Below are positions 9,500-18,050 of a stretch of DNA of 64,000 nt, in pieces. The notes beneath the pieces are model-generated. The model was not told where the DNA came from and ran no database searches. It was given only the letters and a program-made list of their open reading frames with translations. The position numbers were made by a program, and so were the translations under genes. The stretch comes from Fimbriimonadales bacterium. Its GTDB lineage: Bacteria > Armatimonadota > Fimbriimonadia > Fimbriimonadales > JABRVX01. Position 1 is the first letter of the stretch; every line of letters begins with the position of its first letter. The stretch spans positions 1 to 64,000 of the forward strand of contig BTVI01000017.1 in NCBI GenBank assembly GCA_045862955.1, given 5' to 3'.

Positions 9500-10384
9500 C
9501 TAGGAGGTCCGCTCTACCACGTACTTCGCCAACATGCGTAGTGGGTCGGCCGATGGGCCGAGTGACTCTAGCTTGCTCATCGCTTCGCATGTCAGCGCCT
9601 TCGACCTCGCTACTGCGCCTTCCACTCCGTACAGTGCCACGTAGGTAGCCTTGTGGCGCGCGGCATCGCTGCCAACGGGTTTCCCGATTGTGGCTTCATC
9701 GCCTATCACGTTGAGAACGTCGTCGGCCGCCTGGAACGCCCGGCCTAGCAGCGATCCGTAGTCCGCGAGACGGTTGAGCGTGTCCGTGTTGGCTCCAGCC
9801 AGAATCCCCCCGCTCACGACGGAGGCGAGAATCAGCGCGCCGGTCTTTCTTTCGTAGATGTACTCCACCGTCTCTGCGTCGGCTACCTGCGTTTCGGCTT
9901 CTAGGTCTACTACCTGTCCACCCACCATGCCCGCCGTACCGCTGGCTTCCGCGACCAATGCTAACACTCGACCCACGGCCTCGTCGGGTGCACAGGCTCG
10001 GTTCTCTGCTATGAGTTGAAAGGCGAGTGCGAAGAGTGCATCACCTGCGAGAATCGCCGTTGCTTCGCCGAACGCCACATGACAGGTGGGCCGTCCTCGA
10101 CGCAGATCGTCGTTATCCAATGCGGGCAGGTCGTCGTGAATGAGCGAGAACGCATGGATGCACTCCAAAGCACAGGCCGTCGGCAGCACCCGTTCCGCGT
10201 TGGCCCCGCACGCTTCTGCAGCAGCGATACATAGCAGGGGGCGAAACCGTTTGCCTGGCGAAAGGGCGCTGTAGCGCATTGCGCGGTGAAGCTGCTCCGG
10301 CCGAAGCGTTTCCGGCGGGAGAGCGCGATCCAAGCCCTCCTCGACCAGCGCGATTCGGGGTGAGGCATATTCCTCGAAAGTCAT
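9500..10384 (-). CDS. ispA: Polyprenyl (farnesyl/geranylgeranyl) diphosphate synthase
   Basis: SLIHDDLPALDNDDLRRGRPT; second Asp-rich motif; ATGA overlap with the folD stop. Confidence 0.9.
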   Translation of the reverse strand: MTFEEYASPRIALVEEGLDRALPPETLRPEQLHRAMRYSALSPGKRFRPLLCIAAAEACGANAERVLPTACALECIHAFSLIHDDLPALDNDDLRRGRPTCHVAFGEATAILAGDALFALAFQLIAENRACAPDEAVGRVLALVAEASGTAGMVGGQVVDLEAETQVADAETVEYIYERKTGALILASVVSGGILAGANTDTLNRLADYGSLLGRAFQAADDVLNVIGDEATIGKPVGSDAARHKATYVALYGVEGAVARSKALTCEAMSKLESLGPSADPLRMLAKYVVERTS

Positions 10385-11238
10385 TGGTGCAGCCTTCGCT
10401 CGCAAGAGAGTGCGACGTTCTGCAGCAGCATTGCCACGGTCATCGGGCCCACCCCGCCCGGCACGGGGGTGATGAACGCTGCCTTCTCTTTCACTTCCTC
10501 GAAAGCCACGTCACCTACGTCTCGGTCCGATCCGGGCGGTCGGCTGTAGCCCGCGTCTATCACCGTTGCACCCTCTTTGAACCAGTCTGCGCGAAACATC
10601 TCACTCTTGCCGGTCCCACATACCACGATGTCGCCTTGCCGTGTTAGCTCTTTGACGTTGGTGCTGTACTTATGGCAGATGGTGACGGTGGCGTTGGCAG
10701 TCAACATCATTAGCGCCATCGGCCTGCCCAGGATGAAGCTGCGCCCGCATATCACTGCGTGCTTGCCGTGCAGCGGTATCTCATAGTGCTCGAGAAGTCG
10801 CATGATTCCTGCTGGGGTCGCACACCGAAACCCCTCGGTCTTGCTGACCAACGCACCCAGTGAGAAGGGGGTGATGCCGTCCACATCCTTTGCCGGGTCC
10901 AGCACCGCTAACACGGGCCGCTCGCGGATGTGCTTCGGCAGTGGATGCTGAACCAAGATGCCGTGCACGTTACGGTCCTGATTCAGGAAGCGCACGGTGT
11001 CCTCCACTTGCTCTTGCGTTACACCCTCGGGCATATGGTGGAGCACCGCCGTGATACCCACGTACTCGGCCCGTTTCTTCTTCATCTTCACATAGGTGAT
11101 AGAAGCCGGGTCGTCGCCCACCAGCACTATGTCGAGGCGAGGCTGCATGCCGGCTGCGCGTAGGCGATCGATGCGCAGCTTGGCAGACTCCAGTTCCTGC
11201 TTTGCCAGTGCCGCTCCATCCATTACTACCGCGCTCAC
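10381..11238 (-). CDS. folD: Methylenetetrahydrofolate dehydrogenase/cyclohydrolase
   Basis: KDVDG and ITPVPGGVGPMT motifs; GTG start overlaps the nusB stop. Confidence 0.95.
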   Translation of the reverse strand: MSAVVMDGAALAKQELESAKLRIDRLRAAGMQPRLDIVLVGDDPASITYVKMKKKRAEYVGITAVLHHMPEGVTQEQVEDTVRFLNQDRNVHGILVQHPLPKHIRERPVLAVLDPAKDVDGITPFSLGALVSKTEGFRCATPAGIMRLLEHYEIPLHGKHAVICGRSFILGRPMALMMLTANATVTICHKYSTNVKELTRQGDIVVCGTGKSEMFRADWFKEGATVIDAGYSRPPGSDRDVGDVAFEEVKEKAAFITPVPGGVGPMTVAMLLQNVALSCERRLHQ

Positions 11239-11660
11239 ACTTTGCCTCCCTTCGCCAAGCCGTCGGCCAGCGCGCCCAGGACGCCGTTCACGAACCGCCC
11301 CGAGTCCTTCGTGCTGTACTTCTTCACGAGTTCTACTGCCTCGTTGATCGTGGCTGCGGTGGGGATCCCAGGACAGAACATCAGCTCGTAGGCTGCCAGT
11401 CTCATCACGTTGCGATCTACGCACGCTTGTCTGTCCAGCGCCCACTCGTGCGACAACGCTTCAATGCGGCGGTCGATCTCGGCCTTGTGTGTGGTGACTC
11501 CACTGACCAACTCGTGTGCAAACTGCTTGGCGTCCTCGTCCAGCACTACGTCATGCAGGCAGTGCTGGACCGCGTCCTCGGGCGTCTGCTTACCGATCTC
11601 TATCTCGTATAGTGCGCGCAGCGCAACCTCGCGCGCAGTACGCCTACGTTTAGAGGCCAC
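11235..11660 (-). CDS. nusB: Transcription antitermination factor NusB
   Basis: RRTARE..L..LY, INEAVEL.K and FVNGVL motifs. Confidence 0.95.
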   Translation of the reverse strand: MASKRRRTAREVALRALYEIEIGKQTPEDAVQHCLHDVVLDEDAKQFAHELVSGVTTHKAEIDRRIEALSHEWALDRQACVDRNVMRLAAYELMFCPGIPTAATINEAVELVKKYSTKDSGRFVNGVLGALADGLAKGGKV

Positions 11661-13020
11661 TGCCCGACACCGCGGCGCCCCGCATCAGCCGCTGCAGCGT
11701 CTCCGTGGACCACCGGCCCTCGCGGAACTCCTCACTATCAATAATCTGAACTAGCAGATCGCGGTTCGTCTTGATCCCACCTATGATGAACTCGCACAGC
11801 GCACGCCGGAGCCGGACGATTGCTCGAGGCCGATCCGCATCCCAAACAATCACTTTGGCGATCATCGGATCGTAGTATGGCGGGATGATGGCCCCGGAGT
11901 GTACGAAGGTGTCCACGCGCACACCCAGGCCACCCGGCACCACCCACTCCGTGACAGTGCCGCAGCTCGGGCTGAAATCCCTATCCGGATCTTGTGCGGT
12001 TAGGCGGGCTTCGATCACATGTCCCTTGCGCTGCACTTCGGCTTGCGTGAAACCGAGCGGTTCGCCCGCGGCGGCCAGGATCTGTTTGCGCACGATGTCC
12101 CTGCCGACCAGTTCCTCGGTAACCGGGTGCTCCACTTGCAGGCGCGTGTTCATCTCGATGAAGTAATGGTTCCGATCGCGATCGACCAAGAACTCTACGG
12201 TGCCCGCACCCACGTAGTCCACGGCCTTCGCGAGCCGCACCGCATCCTCTCCCATTCGGAGCCGCACATCCTCGTCAATCGCAGGGCACGGAGCCTCCTC
12301 GATCAGCTTCTGATGTCTCAGGTTCTGCACCGAGCAGTCACGCTCGAACAGGTGAACCACATTGCCGTGACGGTCGCCCATGATCTGCACTTCGACGTGG
12401 CGGGGCTCCACCAAGCATCGCTCCAGGTACACATCGCCGTTGCCGAAGGCGGCCGAGGCCTCGCTCTGCGCCGTGCTGAGAGCAGTTGCCAGTTCGTCCA
12501 GCGACTCCACCTTTCGGATGCCGCGGCCACCGCCGCCTGCAGCGGCCTTGACCAGCAGCGGGAAGCCGATCCGTTGGGCCTCCTGCAGCGCGTGGGCTTC
12601 GTCGGCCACGGGGTCCAACGTGCCGGGCGGGATGGGGACCCCTTGTTCGGCAGCAATCTTTCGCGCCATCACCTTTTCGCCCATCCGCTCGAGGGTGTCC
12701 GGGCTGGGTCCTATGAAAGTAATGCCCAGCGCGGCGCAGCCCTCCGCAAAGGTCGCGTTCTCAGCGAAGTAGCCGTAGCCTGGGTGGATAGCGTCGGCGC
12801 CGGTGATTTGGGCGGCCATCAGCACGTTGGAGTCCACCAGATAGCTCTCCCCGTTCGGCCCCGAGCCTACGCAGACGCTCTCGTCGGCCAGACGAACGTG
12901 CAGTGCACCGCGGTCCGCCTCGGAATACACTGCGACCGTGTTTATTCCCATCTCGCGGCACGCGCGTATGATTCGAACGGCGATCTCTCCTCGGTTGGCG
13001 ATCAGCACCTTCTTGAACAT
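11650..13020 (-). CDS. accC: Acetyl-CoA carboxylase, biotin carboxylase subunit
   Basis: MFKKVLIANRGEIA, HPGYG and EMNTRLQVEHPVTE; start reassigned to 13020 (AAGGGGAG upstream). Confidence 0.95.
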   Translation of the reverse strand: MFKKVLIANRGEIAVRIIRACREMGINTVAVYSEADRGALHVRLADESVCVGSGPNGESYLVDSNVLMAAQITGADAIHPGYGYFAENATFAEGCAALGITFIGPSPDTLERMGEKVMARKIAAEQGVPIPPGTLDPVADEAHALQEAQRIGFPLLVKAAAGGGGRGIRKVESLDELATALSTAQSEASAAFGNGDVYLERCLVEPRHVEVQIMGDRHGNVVHLFERDCSVQNLRHQKLIEEAPCPAIDEDVRLRMGEDAVRLAKAVDYVGAGTVEFLVDRDRNHYFIEMNTRLQVEHPVTEELVGRDIVRKQILAAAGEPLGFTQAEVQRKGHVIEARLTAQDPDRDFSPSCGTVTEWVVPGGLGVRVDTFVHSGAIIPPYYDPMIAKVIVWDADRPRAIVRLRRALCEFIIGGIKTNRDLLVQIIDSEEFREGRWSTETLQRLMRGAAVSGSGL

Positions 13021-13123
13021 GCGCCGGCAACTCCCCTTGGGTGTCCGCTCTGAGGCGGCCCACTTGGGTATACCCTGCTTCGCCCTCGGGTCCTGCCCCA
13101 CAGGCAGCGGCGGGACGGAGTTG

Positions 13124-13489
13124 CTAGCGGCTAGGGCAGCCACACGAGGCCCGGCGGCGCGTGCGAGCGAGTAGCCAATAGGCCGGCCGGAGGATTGAGC
13201 GAACCGCTGCGAGACGCAGCAGCGGCGCGAGGCGGGACCAGCCGCGTAGACGCGCCGCGAGGTGGGGTAGAGCGTCTACGCCAGAAGCAGTCGTTCCGTC
13301 CGGCAACACGACGACCATCGCTTGCAGGCACTGCTCTACGGTTACCCCGGGGAACCGCATTCGCGCCTCCTCGGATTCGCACGCGAGCGTCTCTAATGAC
13401 GCGGGCCTGGCCCGCCGCATCGCCCATGCCGCCCAGCGAGTGCAGCGTGGGCAGCCCCCATCGTAAATCAGCGTCAATCGCTCCACCAT
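13124..13489 (-). CDS. DCC1-like (DUF393) thiol-disulfide oxidoreductase family protein
   Basis: LIYDGGCPRC N-terminal motif; Y..LARTR near the C-terminus. Confidence 0.8.
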   Translation of the reverse strand: MVERLTLIYDGGCPRCTRWAAWAMRRARPASLETLACESEEARMRFPGVTVEQCLQAMVVVLPDGTTASGVDALPHLAARLRGWSRLAPLLRLAAVRSILRPAYWLLARTRRRASCGCPSR

Positions 13490-13603
13490 TAGGTCCTACG
13501 CATTTTCGGTTTCGCGCATCAGCGTCCCCCTGCCACCCCCAAAAAGCAGGTGCCACGCCTCGACTGCGGAACCGAAGCGATGGGTAACCCGAAAGGAGCA
13601 GCC

Positions 13604-14722
13604 ATGATCGCACCCACACCCCCCATGGGCTGGAATAGCTGGAACACGTTCGGTGGCGAGATCAGCGAGGAGCTGGTGAGGGAGACCGCTCAGGCGATGA
13701 TCGAGCAGGGGTTCGCCGACGCGGGATACCGATACGTCAATCTCGACGACCTGTGGCAAGCGCCGGAACGCGGCCCCGACGACCGGCTGGTGCCCGACCC
13801 GCACAAGTTTCCGAGCGGGATCGAGGCGCTCGCAGACTACGTTCACTCCAAAGGTCTGAAGTTCGGCATCTACTCTTGCGTCGGCACCCACACATGCGCG
13901 CGCGTGCCGGGCAGCTTCGCTCACGAGGAGCTGGACGCGCAGACCTTCGCCGAATGGGGTGTCGACTTCTTGAAGCACGACTACTGCTACCTGCCGGAGG
14001 GCGTTTCGGGCCCGATGCTGTACCGGCGCATGGGCCAGGCCTTGCGTGCGACCGGTCGGCCGATTCTGTTCAGCGTCTGCAACTGGGGGCGCGAGGAGCC
14101 GTGGAAGTGGGCTGCCAGTACCGGCGCACAAATGTGGCGGACCGGACCCGACATCGTGGACACGTGGGAGAGCATCTGCGACATGGGTTTCCGGCAGGCG
14201 GGTCTGGAGGCGTACGCGGGGCCCGACCACTGGAACGACCCGGACATGATGGTGATCGGGATGTACGGCAAGGGAAACGCCTCTACAGACCAGACGCCGA
14301 CCGACACCGAGTACCGTACCCACTTTTCTCTCTGGTGCCTGATGGCCGCGCCCTTACTGATGGGCTGCGACGTGCGAAACCTGAAGCCCGCCGCCCGCGA
14401 GATCCTGCTGAACCGAGAGGTGATTGCGGTGGACCAAGACCCGCTCGGGCGACAGGGTTTTCGGGTGGGCAAGAGCTGGTTGGTGGGCGAGGTATGGGCG
14501 AAGCCCCTAGCCGATGGCTCGGTGGCGGTGGGGCTGTTCAACCGGCATGATACGGAACGCCATCTGGTCGGGGTCGCTTGGGAGAGTCTCGGCATTCACG
14601 ACCGGCGACGGTGCGTCGTCCGGGACTTATGGGCGCACGAGGACGTCGGCGAGTTCCGCGGCAGCTACTCGCAGTACGTCGAGCCGCACGGATGCGGGCT
14701 AGTGCGGTTGCGGCCGGTGTAG
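13604..14722 (+). CDS. Glycoside hydrolase family 27 (alpha-galactosidase-like)
   Basis: TPPMGWNSWN, LDDLWQ, LKHDYC and WNDPDMM motifs; AAAGGAG before ATG 13604; no signal peptide. Confidence 0.92.
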   Translation: MIAPTPPMGWNSWNTFGGEISEELVRETAQAMIEQGFADAGYRYVNLDDLWQAPERGPDDRLVPDPHKFPSGIEALADYVHSKGLKFGIYSCVGTHTCARVPGSFAHEELDAQTFAEWGVDFLKHDYCYLPEGVSGPMLYRRMGQALRATGRPILFSVCNWGREEPWKWAASTGAQMWRTGPDIVDTWESICDMGFRQAGLEAYAGPDHWNDPDMMVIGMYGKGNASTDQTPTDTEYRTHFSLWCLMAAPLLMGCDVRNLKPAAREILLNREVIAVDQDPLGRQGFRVGKSWLVGEVWAKPLADGSVAVGLFNRHDTERHLVGVAWESLGIHDRRRCVVRDLWAHEDVGEFRGSYSQYVEPHGCGLVRLRPV

Positions 14723-14835
14723 AGGCTGTGCACGCGTAGCTCGCAAGCACCTGTAACCGTGGGACCGAATCGCGCATCATAGCGCACAGGCACATACCGG
14801 GGCCGAGTAGCCCCCCGTTGCTAGAGGAGGATTCG

Positions 14836-16317
14836 ATGAGAAGTTTGCTCCTTATTGCCACCGCGATGGTGGTGCACGCCGCTGCCCTCGCCGACGAGCC
14901 GAAGAACCTCGCCTTCGACACCAAGCTCGACCGGATCGTGGTGTTCAAGGAGGGCTTCGGCTTCTACATCCGCCAGGGTCAAGCGCGGCTCGAGAACGGC
15001 TGGGCCACCACCAGCCTCGCCCCCGCAGCCGTAAACGGCACGTTCTGGGTTTTCCCGACCGCCAAAGCGGATCGGATCGAGCAGCTCGTCGCCACGCGCG
15101 ACAACACCATCCCCTTCAAGAAGCCGGAAGAGATTCGCCCCGCGCTGGAGGACAAGATCGGCTTGCGGCTCAGCGTCACTGCCAACGACAGGGAGAACAT
15201 CGGGAAGCTCTCCGGCCTGCTGCCGAACATGCTCCTGTTAGAGGAGAACAAGCAGTTCACCGCCGTGTCCTACGACACCGTACAGTCCATCAAGCTAGTC
15301 GGCTACCCGCTGCGCATCAAGCTGAAGACCCCCAACCCGACCCGGCCCGCAGGCTTCGTGTTCGGCTACGTGCAAGATGGCGTGAGGTGGGAGCCCGGCT
15401 ACCTGCTTCAGGTGGGCGACGGGGGGAAGGCCACGCTTACGATGCGCGCCACCCTGCTCGGTATTCCGGAAAAGGTGGAGAACGTCACCGTGCAGTTCGT
15501 GGTGGGAGCACCGATGATCAGCGAGCGGGGCCGTATCGAGACCCTGCTCCGCGCCCTCGCAGCCGTTACCGGCCGGACGATGGAACTGGATGCAGGCATG
15601 ATGAATCAGGTTCGCGACGAGATGGCAAGGCGCAGCCCAGGCGGAGCCGGTGGGAGGCCGGCACCGGCCGAGGACTACGAAGGCGCACCGATCCAGCTCG
15701 GGGGCGAGGAGTCGGGAGAGCTGTTCTATTACACGGCAGAGGGCATCAGCATGGGCCCGAGCGACGTGGCGTCCATCACCATCTTCGAGCATGCTGTCAG
15801 TGTCGAGCCGCGGTTCGAGTGGCAGGCCGATACCGACACCCTCACCTACATCCTGCAGGTGAAGAACGAGACCGGACTGCCCCTAACCACGGGTCCGGCA
15901 TTCGTGCTGGGCGACGAGAAGCCGCTCGGACAGGGTCTCATCCGCTACACCCCGAACGGCGCCACCTCCGAGGTCCGGCTCGCGAGCGGCGTCGGCATCC
16001 GAACCTCAGTCAGCGAAGTCGAGGTCTCGCGCGGAGAGCCGTTCGTGGTCAACGGACGACGGCGCGTCACCGTGCAGATGAAGGGATCGCTGGAACTGGA
16101 GAACTTCCGTTCCGAAGCCGCCAAGGTGAAGATTCTGCGCACCGTCAAGGGCAAGATGCTGAGCGTTGGGGACGGCGGCACGGTGAAAACGACTTCGCTA
16201 GTGCGCGACGGCTCCGAACCCACGAACACGCTGGAGTGGTGGGTGGACGTGAAGCCAGGCGAGAAGCGCGCCGTGACCTACACCTACGAGGTGACGATAC
16301 TGGCAGACATGGGCTGA
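14836..16317 (+). CDS. DUF4139-like secreted protein
   Basis: Signal peptide; IVVFKEG, GVRWEPGY and VKPGEKRAVTYTY patterns; GAGGAGG RBS. Confidence 0.65.
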   Translation: MRSLLLIATAMVVHAAALADEPKNLAFDTKLDRIVVFKEGFGFYIRQGQARLENGWATTSLAPAAVNGTFWVFPTAKADRIEQLVATRDNTIPFKKPEEIRPALEDKIGLRLSVTANDRENIGKLSGLLPNMLLLEENKQFTAVSYDTVQSIKLVGYPLRIKLKTPNPTRPAGFVFGYVQDGVRWEPGYLLQVGDGGKATLTMRATLLGIPEKVENVTVQFVVGAPMISERGRIETLLRALAAVTGRTMELDAGMMNQVRDEMARRSPGGAGGRPAPAEDYEGAPIQLGGEESGELFYYTAEGISMGPSDVASITIFEHAVSVEPRFEWQADTDTLTYILQVKNETGLPLTTGPAFVLGDEKPLGQGLIRYTPNGATSEVRLASGVGIRTSVSEVEVSRGEPFVVNGRRRVTVQMKGSLELENFRSEAAKVKILRTVKGKMLSVGDGGTVKTTSLVRDGSEPTNTLEWWVDVKPGEKRAVTYTYEVTILADMG

Positions 16318-16319
16318 GA

Positions 16320-17633
16320 CTAGCGAAGGGACCGGGCGGCGGCGAGAAGCGCGTCGAGTAGGTGCGGGCCGTGGAAGGAGACGGTAGCCTCGTAGCCACC
16401 TCGGGCGTACTCCTCGGGTGTAAGCACGTATCCCACCCAGTCGCCCGCGAAGGACACCACGAAGTCGGCCCGCGCGGCACGCCGAAGCTCGGCGCCTGCT
16501 CGAGTGGTGGGCTCACCGGGCACGAAGAGGACGCGCCAGCCGCCGATCTGCAGCAGACGCATGGGCGCCACGGGCGGCGCGAAGCCCTGCACCACCGGAC
16601 CGAGCAGGCCTTTGGGGATGCCCTGAGCCGCCATCTCCTGGACCAGCTCGGGGTGGGGCTGGGCGGGAGGAAGTGAGGCCACGGCAGTGCGGACGAGGAG
16701 CCCCCCATTCACCGCAGGCTGCAAGTTGCGAGCACCCGATATCACTGGCAGCAGGGCGCGGGCGTACAGGGCCACCCGTTCGTCGTCGTCCCTGCCTTTG
16801 TCGGCGATGGGGGAGCGGTCGCCGAGAGCGCCGTTCAGGAACAGGAGGTGGGCCCCGGGATTGCGCCGTTCCCAGCAGCGAGCCAACTCTCCCGGCCACT
16901 CGGCCGATATCTTCAGCATCTTGTCGTCGAAGATCGTCGGGTGGGCAGCGTAGTTCACCAGCAAGGCGAGTGGTGTACCCTCCGCGCGTCGGAACTCGGC
17001 GACGTGCAAGACGTCCGGCTCGGTATGTGGTGCAGTTCGGCGCCGGAGTAGCTGCGGCAGGCGGCCGAGCGCGGGGCCGCGGCAGCTAGGCAGGGAGGCC
17101 TCGGTGGGCCGCCTGCCGCGGCTGAGACCTGCTTCTGCAGAGGCGGTCCAGAGCGTCACGGGCTCTCGACCAGCGTCCGCTGTTCGGATGGCGTTCGCGA
17201 TGCGCTCGGCGGTCCAGTCCAGCGCCTTCTGGTCGAAGGTGGCGATGCCGGGTACTGGAAACTTCATGCGGCGGTTGAGCCGCTGGCTGTCCGGCGCGCA
17301 GTGGGTGTGTGTCGCGCATAGGACGAGGTCTTGCTCCTTCCAGTCGGGGAGACGCGCTGCAACCGCTTCCGACAAAGATGCGGGGACGGTGAGCAGGTCA
17401 CACGACACGATGGCGAAGCGCTGACCGCCCGATGAGAGCACTAGAGCGGTAGCACCGACCTCGTCGCGCACGCCGATGGCCTTTTTGTTGCCTCGGGCCG
17501 TGTAGCCGCCCAACGGGACCTTCTCGGCACGCGGGTCCGGCGTCAGGCTGACCCGAGCTACCCCAGCGGACAGGTCGGCGCCGGCGATTGCGGCGAGAAG
17601 GATCAGCAAGGTGGTGAGGATGGCTCGCTGCAC
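16320..17633 (-). CDS. Neutral/alkaline ceramidase N-terminal-domain family hydrolase
   Basis: PLGGY, ATHTHCAP, LVNYAAHPT, VPGEP and GGYE motifs; signal peptide after GTG 17633. Confidence 0.75.
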   Translation of the reverse strand: MQRAILTTLLILLAAIAGADLSAGVARVSLTPDPRAEKVPLGGYTARGNKKAIGVRDEVGATALVLSSGGQRFAIVSCDLLTVPASLSEAVAARLPDWKEQDLVLCATHTHCAPDSQRLNRRMKFPVPGIATFDQKALDWTAERIANAIRTADAGREPVTLWTASAEAGLSRGRRPTEASLPSCRGPALGRLPQLLRRRTAPHTEPDVLHVAEFRRAEGTPLALLVNYAAHPTIFDDKMLKISAEWPGELARCWERRNPGAHLLFLNGALGDRSPIADKGRDDDERVALYARALLPVISGARNLQPAVNGGLLVRTAVASLPPAQPHPELVQEMAAQGIPKGLLGPVVQGFAPPVAPMRLLQIGGWRVLFVPGEPTTRAGAELRRAARADFVVSFAGDWVGYVLTPEEYARGGYEATVSFHGPHLLDALLAAARSLR

Positions 17634-17874
17634 GCCCCATTCTGGCCCATCGGCGCCTACGCAATCACCCCGGCCGCATTCCTGGCACGGGCGAGCTCTT
17701 TGCGGACCTTGCGTGGCAGTCTCTTCCGCACGCTGGAGACGGCCTGCCGGCTGCAATTTGCGGCACGGCTGGCCTGGGATCTCACGCGGCGAACGCAGAG
17801 ATCCGCAGAGAGCGCGAAAGAGGTCGTTGCGATGCGATTGCGGGCGAAGGCAGGACTGCAGAGCTACCGAGGCG

Positions 17875-17980
17875 CAAAGCGCGAGCAGGCTCGCGCACTC
17901 CCAAAGCCCTCCCAAAGCCTTCCCAAAGCACTCCCAATGCCTTCCCAAAGCCCTCCCAATGCCTTCCCGAAGCACTCCCA
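17875..17980. repeat. Palindromic element (reverse complement of 7032-7060) followed by 7-8 copies of an 11-bp unit
   Basis: CAAAGCGCGAGCAGGCTCGCGCACTCCCA, then TCCCAAAGCCY-like units at 17899, 17910, ... 17976. Confidence 0.9.
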
Positions 17981-18050
17981 GGGCCGCGGCGCTCGGCACA
18001 CTACCATGGAGGCAGGAGCGAGGTGCAGGGAGGCGGAAAAGGACGGGACT

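Noticed and set aside
17634..18050. N-terminal extensions of the 559-aa and 1134-aa ORFs (likewise the track starts for csaB, folD, accC, sufS, wecA and the channel)
   Set aside because: The extensions cross repeats or neighbouring genes; signal peptides, RBSs and stop/start overlaps point to downstream starts
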